A stretch of 64,000 nucleotides of DNA from Octopus bimaculoides (lineage: Eukaryota): NCBI RefSeq assembly GCF_001194135.2, contig NC_068999.1, positions 3,002,975 through 3,066,974 on the forward strand, in the 5' to 3' direction. This document shows positions 63,927-64,000 of this stretch, in pieces (the stretch's first letter is position 1; each line of letters begins with the position of its first letter). The translations under genes were made by a program, and so were the position numbers. Under the pieces are notes generated by a model. It worked only from the letters and a program-made list of their open reading frames with translations, was not told the DNA's origin and made no database searches.

Positions 63927-64000
63927 CTAGCTTAGAAGCCACCCGACAGGGCGGCTTTTAAGCAAGTTAGTAATATGTTACTTATGTCTTGTGTCAGCCC
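63927..64000 (-). mobile_element. Possible Helitron 3' terminus
   Basis: Minus strand GCCGCCC-TGTC-GGGTGGC hairpin, 7-nt spacer, then CTAG|T. Confidence 0.45.

Overview
Eukaryotic genomic DNA: AT-rich, dense in microsatellites, SINEs and transposons, with several N gaps. The repeat landscape resembles a coleoid cephalopod such as Octopus (inference, no database search). The window is dominated by one minus-strand gene that the ORF track shows only as fragments. By reading GT-AG sites I reconstruct 28 exons from 52,006 down to 1,922. Exon 1 ends in the ATG. Exon 2 completes a signal peptide (MGPATVRSLLLTAWALVHLK-DSGVEA). 25 symmetric phase-1 exons then each encode one 6-Cys module (C-x18-C-x4-C-x-C-x7-C-x8-C with a DGSW/NGSW turn). 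A ~6 kb exon encodes about 31 visible copies of an 8-Cys variant, including a near-perfect 159-bp tandem array. The predicted product is a secreted protein of about 3,800 aa or more with about 56-60 VWC/FN1/pacifastin-like modules. The last visible exon ends in a splice donor, so the gene continues beyond it, probably past the left edge. The exon array is strongly ordered: strict two-exon alternation, a young A/B tandem expansion with higher-order structure, and recurrent KR/RR sites. The rest is intronic or intergenic, with mariner, maT, hAT, RTE, R4/Dong, SINE, probable solo-LTR and Helitron relics. No rRNA, functional tRNA or CRISPR array is supported.
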